In this document: piece after piece, positions 18,794 to 34,886 of the stretch | How the letters are laid out: the number at the start of each line of letters is the position of its first letter | Position numbering within the stretch: position 1 is the stretch's first letter | DNA from: Cercozoa sp. M6MM | Lineage: Eukaryota > Protista > Endomyxa: Ascetosporea | Length of the DNA: 64,000 nt | Direction: 5' to 3' (one strand) | Assembly (NCBI GenBank): GCA_040357565.1 | Contig: JBDODJ010000016.1 | Position numbers and translations under genes: made by a program | Notes under the pieces: model-generated | The model's input: only the letters and a program-made list of their open reading frames with translations | What the model was told of the DNA's origin: nothing | The model's database searches: none

Positions 18794-20554
18794 CATACAC
18801 ACAGGGGGGGGGCATACATAGTGCGTCATCCACAAGCAGTCGCAGCAGCGTTGCCGCGCACGTCGCCAGGTCGCACAGCTCGTCGCTTTCGCGTGCTGTC
18901 CGCACACCCACACATGCATGCATGCATGTCACTGACCCCTCTATTACCCCCTGCCCCCCATACCCAGGTGAGGCGAGGCGCGCATCTGGCGCCACTCGGC
19001 GTCGTGGCACAGCAGCAGCGACAGCGTGCGGAACAAGTGCGTCAGCGTGCCACACAGTGCCTGTTCCGACGTCACCTTGGACCGACTGTCCTGACACTGA
19101 GTGCACACATACATATACCCCGTGTATACCTGGACGTACATTTGGGCGTACAATAGGACAGCATGGTACCTGGGCAGGATCGTAGCCATAGCCGGCACAG
19201 CAGTCGGAGTCGACGGTGTCAGCAGTCTTGGCGGCAGGAGTGTCGACTTGCTCTGGCACAAAGGCCGCCTGCAGCGATGGGTGCAGGTACCGCGCTGGCG
19301 TGCCTTGGCACAGACACACGTCGACGTCGGCCACCGTGCTGCGTAGGTTGTCTGCAAGCGGTAAACAGATAGGAGTAGGGAGGTAGGCAGAAAGGGATAG
19401 GGAGATAGGTAGGCAGGGAGGGAGGTAGGCAGGAAGGTAGGCAGGAAGGTAGGCAGGAAGGTAGGTACGCAGGGAGGTAGGTAGGTAGGTAGGAAAGTAG
19501 GTAGGTAGGGAGGTAGGGAGGGAGGGAGGGAGGTAGGTAGGTAGGGAGGTAGGTAGGGTAGTACCTGGACGAAAGGAAGCACGCGCGGTGCGGCATCGCT
19601 GCACGGCCACACGTCGTAGCAGTTGCTGCGTCGTCACGTTCACGTACTGCGCCAGCACACGCACTGCGCCGCCTGACAGCAAAGGGTTGTAGGGGTAGCA
19701 CAGGTTCCAGGGGGTAACATGGGCTGACAAGAGGTACCAGCCAGCACGGCGCGATTCGGAGCAAAGTGCGCCAGCAGCGTCACAATGCGCAGCGGCACCC
19801 AGATGCGTCCCTGTTCGGCTGCCTCGGTGGGCGAGGCACTCTCAAGGGCGCCTCCAATGTACCGTTCCACCAGTGCCTCCAGGATCTGTCGCGGTGTGTG
19901 TGCACACTGCCGAAACGGGTAAGGACGTGGATAGGGCATACGGCATAAAGCTTGAATATGAAGCACGGAACAAAGAGTACCTGGAGACGTTGTGCTTGTG
20001 CTGTTGCACGTGATTCGCCCAGTTGCAGGTGTGTCTACGACACAGGGCAACACACTCGGAACAAGCACACACAGGAGAACAAAGCAGTACCTCAACAATG
20101 TGCTGTCGCAGCAGTCGCTCGAACTTGTGCCACGCAGCGTCGGTGCCGTGGGGAGCTTGCTGTGCCTAAGTGTGCACGCAGTAACTGCATTTAAATCGTG
20201 CAAGCGAACATGCAAAATACCTCCTGCCAGGCCTGCGTCAGTGCCGGCGTCAACACAAAGTTGCCGTTCAGCTGGATCGTTCTAGCACGCGGCAGCGCCT
20301 CCTGCGTGCAGACACACAAGTCCTTTGTGTTGCATACGAGTGAAATGTGCGTTAATGTGAATCTACCTCGTCGATGAGAGCGCCGTACAACACAGACCAT
20401 CTCTGATTGTCCTCCTGCATATGCAAAGTGATATCTAGGGCTCCAAGACAGCGGCAGAGGCAGAGACACAGGAAACCTCTTTCTTAGTTGAGGCGGGTGT
20501 CTCTTCTTCCGCCTTTCGTGAGCTCGGCCAGCGCAGGCGCTGGAAGAAACTCAT
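10229..20554 (-). CDS. BEACH-domain family protein (N-terminal helical region, ConA/LamG-like domain, C-terminal WD40); central PH-BEACH part inferred to lie in the assembly gap
   Basis: SFL/ECDGESSGLLL, ALSLWF, RRWCHVVLSL, VRVFVDG, FRGQLGTLALFERAL and LRSLGGVSLVIVVL resemble the BEACH-protein ConA region; after the gap GGQRGRVTVRAL and AINTLAWSAHELHLLAGTAAGQLLVY are WD40-like. The BEACH domain itself is not seen. Confidence 0.7.
10619..10718. other. 100-N assembly gap flanked by G runs
   Basis: Seen directly; another 100-N gap at 34191-34290 and 10-N gaps at 8234, 18735, 50707 and 62980. Confidence 0.99.
10845..10997 (+). repeat. G-rich (GGGGTA/GGGTA)n intronic repeat with G-quadruplex potential
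   Basis: Tandem G3-G5 runs separated by TA/TAA. Confidence 0.9.
14182..14350 (+). repeat. G-rich (GGGGGTAAAGGGWTAA)n intronic repeat
   Basis: Seen directly. Confidence 0.9.
14830..14910 (+). repeat. 12-bp tandem repeat (GGGGGGTAAACA)n in an intron; similar arrays near 16175-16255 and 17215-17330
   Basis: Seen directly. Confidence 0.9.
15346..15472 (-). repeat. 15-bp tandem repeat, probably exonic, encoding (STSGI)n
   Basis: CCACTGGTACTGAT units on +; open minus frame TTSPQLSDGGRSVTSNSVSASASGISTSGI... Confidence 0.7.
18530..18802 (+). repeat. (TACA)n/(CA)n intronic microsatellite with a 10-N gap
   Basis: Seen directly. Confidence 0.95.
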
Positions 20555-20875
20555 GCCTCCACGCTGCCGCTCGGCCACACTGGGACGAAAACTACAACTG
20601 CAATCAACAAAACTCCCTGTGTTTTCGTTCCAAGTCGTGCGGCCCACCCCTCACACTGTGCTATTAGCACACGTGTGCAGCCTTTTCTTTACTGTGCTCA
20701 CTACTAACCCGCCCCCTTAATATAAAGTAGTAAAAATGAAATTCGATCTTCTGCCGGCACTCTGACTGGAAGTAGGGAGGGAAGTTCTAATGTCGACGGC
20801 AACTCAGGCTGGAGGGATGATGTAAGTCCGTAAAACTACTCTAGATACTTCAGTTTTACTGGCCGGGAACTCAAT

Positions 20876-25307
<4,432 letters not shown>

Positions 25308-26390
25308 GCTGCACAGACGCCGAAATACAAAGACACCCAACGATATGTCAGAAACCGGATGAACATCGTACCCCAAAAATAAATTATTCAAGTGTGCTCA
25401 GAGTGCAGCACAGACGGGCAAGACCCTGAGCTCGTGCCGAGACGTTCCCGAGCGTCCACACACCTGAGGGCCTCAGTGACACACCTGTAACAACCGGCCA
25501 GAGACAGTGAGTCGGGTGGTCCGTTCTTTTTCACTGCTTTGATCGGTTATGACTTCCGAACTTTTTTGAGGCGTGGGTGGAGCTTTTTGAGCGCCCATGT
25601 GATTTTTACTTTGGGCCCGCGTGCATCATTCGCCTGAAGCAGTTTAGGCACAACTGTATAAGCTAAACGAAATACAGATAACTCTGGTGGCAAGCAACGA
25701 CTTCCATGGTGCTGCCCGTGACAGCGATCGATGTCGCGCGACATCACGTGCGGTGCTGAGACCGGTCACTGCCACGGTGCCGCATGTGCGAACGTCTGCA
25801 ACCAGATAACGTGGTGTGTTTGCCGATCATATTTGTGGACGAGTGCAGCCTCGGCGGTGCGCCAGAAAAATTGAAGAAAACTAAGTTTACTTCAATCCGG
25901 TCAAGCTGAGACTGCGTCGCGTTGTTGCACAATGAATGATGTCGCAAACCACGCGACAGCTAGCAGGGACAAACGAATTAAAGTGTCTGGCAACCTTTCT
26001 TTACATGATTTTCGTTGTAGCATCTGTTCCCAAGCGAAACCACATCCCAGGTGTCCACTGCCACACTCCGCCTCCATGGTCTAATAAATAAGGCACTCTC
26101 GCGAGAGCACTCCGATTCGTCAAACGCGCCATGAACCTGCGGTGTAGGTTCTTGCACCTAACTCATATCGTGTTGGATATTTCCTCGGCGGTCTAAGGTT
26201 GTCGGTTTGCACCTCACCCCACATTAGCATTACGAGGATGACAATTTGCTTGTGTCCGTGTTCTTGATACACTTTAATGAAAATGGTTCTGAGCTGCTCT
26301 TGTGCGTTGCGTACATTTCGTGTGCCTTGCCTGTGTGCATGACTGCTCGCTGCCATGCCAGTTTGATTCCGCATTTAATTCCCGAGCTCT

Positions 26391-26980
26391 CTAACTAGAA
26401 GCCGTTGGGGCGTACTGAGGATTGAACGGAGGCGGCTGGTACATTCCCTGTGGTTTCGGCTGCTGATGCTGCTGCACAATCTGCTGCGGGTATTGCGTCT
26501 GGAATGGCGTGAGTTGCTGGACTTGCAACCTGTGCACAGAATGTTGACACGATGTTTCCCCTCCCTTAGGATCAAAGCTACCGCAAATGTTGGAGTTGCG
26601 ATTCCTGATGCGCCATGTGTTGCTCTTGCTGCCGCACTTGCTGTTGTAACCGATCACGCTCTTGTCGCAGATTTTGCAGCTCGCGGTTGTTTCGATGCCG
26701 TCCAAATACTGACAACAACTTCAGTTTTGCCCCCCTTACCTTTAATTTCAACGTACCGCAAACGACCGACACAACAATGATAGTGGCCATGACGAAAAAC
26801 CCACCGAAAAATCTGCCTCATAACATATCTTTAATGTCTCGAAAAACTCAAAACGATCGCTTGCACAAAAGGAATTTACACTGCTAGAAACGCCGACATG
26901 TGCAAAGTTAGAACGCCCGCAGGTGCCCACGCTCAAAAATCTATACGTAGAGTGCGATTGCAACAATGCCGAAAACGCCT
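26391..26980 (-). CDS. Small putative membrane protein with coiled-coil and Q/P-rich tail; 5' end unresolved
   Basis: Exons FFGGFFVMATIIVVSVVC / RHRNNRELQNLRQERDRLQQQ / LQVQQLTPFQTQYPQQ...PPPFNPQYAPTASS*. Confidence 0.5.
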
Positions 26981-27187
26981 GGCTACAGTAGCGAATCCCC
27001 TTAAAAGATAAGATACTACGATTTGCACATTCACCGACAGCCGACACTGAGCAGTAGCCCGTCAAGTGGTACAGTACACTCACTGTACTTGTACAGTGCA
27101 GGAATAATAACAAATTCGATACTGCAAAGAGTACCTACTTTTGATACCCTCTGGTCTTTGGAGCGAGGTCCGGAGGTGACACGTTCG

Positions 27188-28888
27188 ATGGGTGTTTGCG
27201 CTTCGCAAACTGCATTCAAAGAGAACAACGTACAGTAGGTTTGTTGCTTGTGCCCCTGACCGTGGTCAGCCTTTGATCTGCGCACAAAAAACACTGACAG
27301 GGTTTGGTGTGGTATAGCGTGAGGTAGCGGCCACGCGCACCGAGAAGCTACTGCTTCTTGGCACGAGTAATTTACACCACTGCTTCCTCGACTTGTCCTC
27401 ACAACAGTGCACTTATTTCGTTCTACCCCTGGTGGCAGGTGAATCAGGCAAGTCGACACTGTTGAAGCAGATGATTTCCCTGTACGGCGAGGGTTTCTCC
27501 GATGAGGATCGCAGACAGTACGTGCATGTCATCTACGGCAACGCTATCGAGGTGCACCTCACCGTGGCAACTGCGCTGTGTTGATACAAGATAAGAACTT
27601 GGTCTGAGAAGAGCATGCTTGAGCTGCTGGCGCAGACCAAAAAGCTGCGCGATGAGTTGGGTATGTAATGCACAACAAATATCGTGTGCCCCTCATTACC
27701 GTTATGTGTGCTGCCGGAATAGAACCTCAGGGCGAGAGCACAGTGGTGTCAGAGGCCAAGGCAACATTGCAAAACGTTATCGCAGCCACCACCGCACAAG
27801 CTTTTGCCGACATTGATCAATCCGAGAAGGAAGCTGTATGAACATCATGCACCCTTTTGTGCTTGGGCGGAGTTGCACTTTGTCGATCCTTGCTGCCTTC
27901 AGGTAGCCAAAGCAATCCGCATACTCTGGGGTGACGAGGGCGTGCAAACGGTGTACGAGCACCGCAGTGAGTTTCAGCTGGTGGACTCGGCCAAGTACTA
28001 CTTCGAGAACATGGATCGCATCGTGCAGCCCACCTATGTGCCCACCATGCAGGTAGTTCTACTGAACATTTTTGACCCGCGTATCTATATCGAACTGCAG
28101 GATGTTCAGCGTGCGCGCACGCGTACGACAGGCTTTGGGGAAACACGGATGCACGCGAACAACACCGATTTCGTTTTGATCGACGTCGGCGGTCTGCGCA
28201 GCGAACGCAAGCGGTTTCCTTTCCATAATTCCACTTCACCTGTTGTATCTGGTTACTTTATCTTGCATGACAGTGGATCCACTGCTTTCAGAATGTTGCG
28301 ACTGTGATTTTTGTGGCTGCTATCAGCGAGTATGACCAAATGCTGTTCGAGGATGAGAAAGCCAACAGACTACATGAGGTAGTGGCTGTTTCGTCCCTCG
28401 AAGCATCTGCTCTATATGCAGCAGGCGTTGCATGTTTTCGACGAGGTCAGCAACTCGCGTTGGTTTCGCAACGCCACGTTGGTTCTGTTCCTCAACAAGC
28501 GCGACTTGTTCGAGGAGAAGATCAAGAGGATACCGCTCACGGTGTGCTTTCCCGAGTTCCCTGGTACGAATACGCCGACCATTTTTCTTTGTTTGTAAAG
28601 TATGCCACTTTCAGTTGTGTAACGGTATAAATGTATCCAGGACCACAACTTGAGTACAATCCGGCAGTGCAGTACATACAGCAGCGATTTGAAGCACTGC
28701 ACCAGGACAAGGTGTTGCTCATTTGTAGATTACGTTAGATTAAACCTTTCCTGAACTATTTGGTGTAGAGCAAGGCCATTTACACGCACGTAATGTGCGC
28801 GCTCGACACCGCCGATGCAGACTTGGCTCGGACATACCGTGCTTTTCTACCGGCATACCGCGAACTCTCCACTTGCCCGCTGCTCTAG
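27188..28888 (+). CDS. Heterotrimeric G protein alpha subunit, atypical (predicted GTPase-deficient), 11 exons
   Basis: MGVCAS lipidation motif, [82 protein letters not shown]; frame open to TAG ending 28888. Confidence 0.95.
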
Positions 28889-29050
28889 CTGGACGGTTCC
28901 GTCACGCTTAGTTGGGCGCCGCGTTTGGCTGAACTTACGTTAGTAGATCGTTCAGTGTTACAGACTGACTCACGTCAGAAACCCACGTTTCAATTTCTCA
29001 GCCTTAGGTTTTTCCGTTCATTTGGGGTTCGGTTGCTTATCATTACGCTG

Positions 29051-29167
29051 TAAGTACGGTTGACTATCGTTAAGCCCTTCTAAGTACGGTTGACTATCGT
29101 TAGGCCCTTCTAAGTACGGTTGACTATCGTTACGTCCTTCTAAGTACGGTTGACTATCGTTACGCCC
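29051..29167 (+). repeat. 30-bp tandem repeat, about 4 copies (TAAGTACGGTTGACTATCGTTAVGYCCTTC)
   Basis: Units start at 29051, 29081, 29111 and 29141. Confidence 0.95.
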
Positions 29168-29179
29168 ACGTATGTTAAT

Positions 29180-29768
29180 GTGAGATTGTCAATTTTAGTG
29201 AAGGCAACGATTAAGTAAGAATGTAAGGTCGTTTAATTTAGTGTTCGTTCGACGTCTCAAAAACCGAAAGATAACCGAAGAGAGAAGGTTACCCCAAGGT
29301 AGGGCCGTCGTTACAGTTTAAAGTGTTGAGAGGCTTGTTCGTTGATAAACAAACGAAAACCCTCTTGCCTGCTCAAGATAGAGCAAGTCAGTTGCTTTGG
29401 TCACAGCAGCACCACAGGCGCATGGCTGGACCAACAGTACGGTCTTTTCGCGCCATGTACCCTCGTTCTATGAGGTAGCCAAGTGCGAGCTTGCCGAGCA
29501 CACGTATGCTTGTGTCTTCCTGGAGCTTGCGTGTCGGTACCTGTGTGTCAACAAGCACGGTATCATTTGAGGTACCTGGTATTGGAAAGAGGGCCTTTTT
29601 CCCTTCTTGCAGCAGTTTCGAGCTGCCACCAAACACAAGGTATGCCAAGCTAGGCAGCACTCAATTGCTAGGTTACCAGCTCTCAACCTTAGCAAAACAC
29701 TTCAATTCTAATTTGGCATGACTGATAGTTGTTCCACGCGGAGCGGGCGGTCAGCCGAGTAGGTTGTT
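29180..29768 (-). mobile_element. Repeat family 1 copy, with a 146-bp internal insert, interrupted near its end by the family-2 element
   Basis: Reverse-complement match to 37880-38268, plus a 19/21 match of 29180-29200 to 38410-38430; homology resumes for about 10 bp after 30197. Confidence 0.85.
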
Positions 29769-30197
29769 TGTTACGAAACGGTATTTTCCATCCGGCCGCC
29801 AGTCAGATCTGTCTGAGTTCTGGTGTTCCGCGCGGAAGAAAGCTATTCATTAAGCACTTTGAGAAGTGTGGTGTATTGTGTTTGTCTGACTGAGCCCGAA
29901 AGAGCAAGACTTTGCTCCTTTCCTGAAAAGGCTCTCTACTCACCAGCACAGAGAGCCTTTCTTTTTCTCCTTACGTCCCTCCTTCTCCTTCCTTCCTTCT
30001 TCTGACTGCCGGGCCTCTCTTCCTTCCCGACCAGCTACTTCCTGTACTTTGCCGACCCTATCTTGGGGTAACTACATCACTACATCTACTGACTCAATTC
30101 TTCTCCGCATCGATTCCATTTGTTTCTTTAGCCTTTTTCCTGGCATAGTCCTCTTTTGCACTCCCAAAGCCTCAATTTCTGAAAGGCTGCGGTAACA
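29769..30197 (+). mobile_element. Solo-LTR-like element, family 2, intron-less copy (429 bp)
   Basis: TGTTAC...GTAACA termini, TGTT 4-bp target-site duplication, collinear with the reverse complement of 38641-39183. Confidence 0.88.
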
Positions 30198-30227
30198 TGT
30201 TTGATGTTGATAGCTATGCTAGTCGGT

Positions 30228-32766
30228 TTAGCTATCGTACTCCTCGTCGCTTTTCTCGTCATGCTCATCGACGACCTGAGCTTCGGCACGTTGCGCCTTC
30301 TCCTGAATTACCTCGCGCGTCATTGCGGCCTAGCAACACAAGACAACAAAAAGACAGTACACGGAGAGTGCACAAAAAACCACACACAAACTGTCACAAA
30401 AACGCGAGGCACCTTGAGATGTGCGTGCACGTGCTCGTATACAACGAGAGCATCCTCGTGTCGCTGTTTCTGCACGAGCATATCACCGAGTCCTTCGCTC
30501 AGAGTGAGCGAGCCCTTCTCGCTGCAAGAACATGTCGTAACTAGGGCATGGCAACACACGCCGGTACTGCACACAGAAAGCGTACTGGGCGGCGTCGTAG
30601 AGTGGAACGTCGTCCGTACTGTACACGAGAGTGAGACGGCTGCACGGCACAGGAGTAACAGAGAATAGAACACGTGACAATGCTCTTTTAGAGCTCAGTA
30701 CCTTTCAGTGGCGGTAAGGACATCTGCATCAGCGGTGAGGTACACGATGTAGGGTCCACACAGCTTGAACTGGTCCAGGAGCTGGGCCACCTGTCTCAGA
30801 AAGTAACAATGAGCACGACACCACAACGTCACTCAAAGGGATGCGGTTACAGCATCGCGCGCAGCCACATGCGTCGGGTCGTGCACATTGTCGAACACGC
30901 TGAGCACCTCGGACGGCAGCTGAGCCAAGAAAGAGCCGGCGTGCCGGTTGAACTCAGCCTCGTCTTCCGTCTGCACAGTGCACACAGTGCACACACGGCG
31001 AACAACGTTGTAAACAGCACACAATGTATAGTACGTGTTGCGAAGCGAGACCAAGTTGCGTGCAAAGACGCATCAGACGAGAGAACGTGTCGGACACCTG
31101 CAAACAAAACCAGTAGATTCGAAACGACATAACGGTCGGAAAGTACATGCTGCTGTTCAAGCGCAAAGTCGCGGTCGATCTTGCGAACCTCGTCAACCAT
31201 GGCCTCAATATCGTTCAGCGTTGTCACTGCGCAGAGTCACAAGGTACACACATTGTATTTTTTCGACGATAAGGCATCGTACCATCCGGACGCTCAACAA
31301 CGAGTTCATTCAGCACCAAAGAGTGAGCCTACACATCTCAGATGGAACAGAAACAAACCCAGTGCAGTATTGCTGTACTTGCGAGGTGCGGCATAAATGT
31401 CGCAGCATCACGCGCAACAGACTGACTCCCACTTGCGACAGTGAGCTGCAAACCCAGTCATGGAATGCTCTTCCGAAACACACCGAAAAAAGAAAAGGCA
31501 CACGCCACGCACGTCCAGGTGCGCAATCTCGCCTTCCTCCGTCCTTCAATTTGCGCATATAAGCTAAAGCAAAAAGATGACGCATATGAGTACAGTTGCA
31601 CGTCCATGTGTCTCGCCATGATGCACAACTACAATGCCTCAAGAGAGGGCGTACACTGACATTGCACAAAAACAAGAACACAACAACCAACCGATCCGAG
31701 AGCAAATGTCTGCGCCGATGCCGTCGGGCGCAGCTGGAGTGGCGGCGTGCGCACCCTAAATCAGACAGTGGTACCATGCTACACAACATAAGAGCCGAGT
31801 ACGTCTGGACGCCGGCATCTTCGTCCGCGCGGAAGCCCAGAATAAACGCCGACGGCGCGTTACGCACTTCCTCTTGGTCTGAGGTGAAGACCATCAAGAG
31901 ATGCAATGTTTTAGAAATACGTGTAGTGTACCATCAGCACGGAGAGCAACAGTCACCGCGCTAACCCCTGCAGTCCAATCGATGTGCACACTCATCGGTA
32001 TGCGTAGAGTTAGGACGCAACGGTACAGGAAAGAGGGGCACGCAGGCTGAGTCGAAGCGGGCCAAAGCGTTGCTGGCCACCCTCTAAACACAGTGAAGTC
32101 CAGTCAAGCTCCTGCGACATCCCTGAAGGAACTGCCTTACCCTCCGACTCGGTGGCCGCGCAGCGCCAGAAACGACGCGTGTCTGGCGACCGCAGCGCTT
32201 GGTGCAACACTTCGTCCGACTCGTTTTCACTGTGCACACGCATGCAAGCGTAAGACTCGGTGTGTACCACCACAGAACACTTATACAAGAAGACGGCGTC
32301 GGCAAGTGACGCAGTCCCGCGCTCGTTCAGTCGCTTGGCGTCGGCGTATACTCGCATAGCCTCGCCGGGCTGTGTGTTTTAACGACTCAACGGTCCAACA
32401 ACGATACAAAAAGAATGGAACCGCGGTACCGTGCAAATGAGTGACTCGTGCTGAAGGGCTTCAAGCGGAATCACAAAGGCACAGTTCTGTCCAAAAGATC
32501 GCAAATATGGGCACACCGGACGCAGAGTGAGATCGTCAATCTACGCTCGTGAACTGCGCATGCAGACGCCGCAGCCACAGAGAGGCGTCCAAAGCGGCCA
32601 CGCACAGAGGACGGCACGTCTGGGCCGCGTGCGCGATCGACTCTATCAGAAGAAAGAACAGGCGCAGTAAAGATCACACGTGCTGTTCAAGTACTCTACC
32701 ATCGTCGCAAAGCAGCAACACGCGCTCCAGCAGCGCTGGCGTCTCAAGAACCGTGCGCAGCGCCAT
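30228..32766 (-). CDS. F-box-like protein, multi-exon
   Basis: N-terminus MALRTVLETPALLERVLLLCDDESIAHAAQTCRPLCVAALDASLWLRRL fits the F-box pattern; ends EHDEKSDEEYDS*. Confidence 0.6.
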
Positions 32767-33084
32767 CTTTGAGCTCTAATCACTGACCACGGCAGCCTGC
32801 AGCCTGCAAATATTGAAACAGTTTTTGTTCTTCTGTAGCCAATACTGCTGTGACAAACTTTCCAGCGCAAAATACACTTTGCATGTAGCTGTGGTTGTGG
32901 TCGAGCTTAGAAAAAGTAAGGAGTTGTTGCCTGCCTGCACCAGAACCACTTTGATGCGGCGTGAGTGCGGGCGGTAGACACGGCCATGCTCTTGTGACCC
33001 ACCCCAGGCTGGTGCAGGGGAACTACATAGTTGGTTTCCAAGACTCAACTAACTAACGAGTGCAGCCGTTCAAATCGAAGTCAC

Positions 33085-34091
33085 CTAAATTCCGTAGGCA
33101 CCGCCATGCTCGTCGCCAAAGGCACCGCCGAACTCAGACTCGGCAGGAGGCTGCGTCTGCTGTTGATCCTCTTGCGGCACTGACGGCGCCTCCCTACACA
33201 GACGGGAAGAAAAATACGTCTACCATGTGCGCAATATAGAAGTGAGAGGTTCGCTGAGGTACGGGGCAGGCTGCACAACATCAATTTCGCCAAACGAATT
33301 GGCCGCGTCGTTCTGGCCGAAAGCGTCGCTGTAGGCAGCGCCCGAGTCTTCGCCATAGGCGGCCTCACCATAGGCACCTTGCACGTCACTCGCGTCCAAG
33401 TCGCCCACGCTAAACGGGCTATCCTGCTGGTCGAAGGCGTTATCCTGTGATAGACAAAAATATAGCGACATTGCACGTGCACAGAAAGCAGCTGCCGTAC
33501 CGACGCGAGCGGCTTTGCGTTCTGCTGGCCGAAAGACGACTTTCTCTCCTGTGTTGGTACAGACATGAGGATGAAAAAACGGCACTTTGCCTCACAAAAA
33601 AGGTACCAAAGCAGGCGGTGTGTAAGAAGAGCGTGCATCTTCGATGTCACCTGACCCGATGGCGCCTTCCATCCCAGAGTCCTCGCCGAACACTCCCTCT
33701 GTTCAACATGTTCTCAAAATGAGAGCACACAAACAGATACTCTATCTAGGAGCACACACGTATCTACAACAAGCATACCTCTGCCATCGACAGAGGCCTT
33801 GGGACGGTGCGGCGCGTACAGGAAGGACAACGTCAAAGTCACCAAATAGGCCAGGTAAAACACACTGCCGGCGTCCAGCAATGTCACCGTTACGAAGTGT
33901 CCCTTCTCACACCGCAACGACGCACCTGGCGGTGTGTACTGTCCCAGCAACTTGTCTTTCTTGCAGAACTTGCTGCCACCTGCAACAACTCTTGCGATGC
34001 CCTTTCTTCAAACTTTCAAAAGCACAGCGAATACCATCGACCATGGACGCATCTTGAATCATCAGGTAAAAGTAGAAGCCCGACAGAGCGA

Positions 34092-34186
<95 letters not shown>

Positions 34187-34886
34187 ATAGNNNNNNNNNN
34201 NNNNNNNNNNNNNNNNNNNNNNNNNNNNNNNNNNNNNNNNNNNNNNNNNNNNNNNNNNNNNNNNNNNNNNNNNNNNNNNNNNNNNNNNNNGGGGGGGGGG
34301 TACCGATCGATGCAGCAACAAAACGCAGTGCACTGTCGCTGAAGCCGTTTTGCAGGTAGTCCTCATCGTCACCAACGTAGCTGAAAAATATAACGGTGCA
34401 TCGCGTGTTTATACTAGACAAAGTGAAAGCTACACTCGGAACGGCTTGCGGTAGAACGGACTGTCCTCCTTCGGCACATTATCACCTGCGGTCACATAAA
34501 GAGGCTTAAAAAAAAACAAAATACGACGGACGGATGTTGTACCCGGCAGAATGAGGGAAGAACGAGACGTCTTCGCTGTAGTTTTTTGCGTGAGCGCAGA
34601 GAACACAAGGACCGCCACTTGCAGCAGTATGCTACGCAACTAAATCCTGACAAGGAAGAGGGCAGCAAGGTGGGTACCCAAGCACGTGAGCCACAGTCAC
34701 GGTAAATTTGCGCGGACGGCGGAACCACATCCTCCAGCAGCACGACAGAAACTTGCCGCACGGTCCCTTGCCTGCATGGCACAGAACAAACAACGTCGTA
34801 CTTTTCACCCACCAACTATTTGCAAATAGACCATTGTTGTCTGCATGAGATCGGCCACTCTGCTCTTCGCTAAAGCTAGTGCTCAT
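33085..34886 (-). CDS. Hypothetical protein with acidic Gly/Ala/Phe-rich C-terminus; spans a 100-N gap
   Basis: Starts MSTSFSEEQSGRS; exons DNAFDQQDSPFSVGDLDASDVQGAYGE..., ESEFGGAFGDEHGGAYGI*. Confidence 0.5.
34094..34184 (+). repeat. (CA)n microsatellite next to the gap
   Basis: Seen directly. Confidence 0.97.

Noticed and set aside
10229-20554. A second split gene (BEACH protein without BEACH domain)
   Set aside because: An assembly gap sits exactly where the missing domains are expected.
25400-26370. Additional gene or RNA in the cyclase upstream region
   Set aside because: No convincing spliced ORF or RNA motif; only a 12-bp palindrome near 26096.
29051-29167. CRISPR array
   Set aside because: Units are contiguous with no unique spacers, there are no cas genes, and the context is eukaryotic.
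29401-29546. The insert as a third precisely lost intron, or a RAG/Transib-like element
   Set aside because: Its boundaries are not GT-AG on either strand, the inverted repeat is only 5 bp, and there is no proper TSD.
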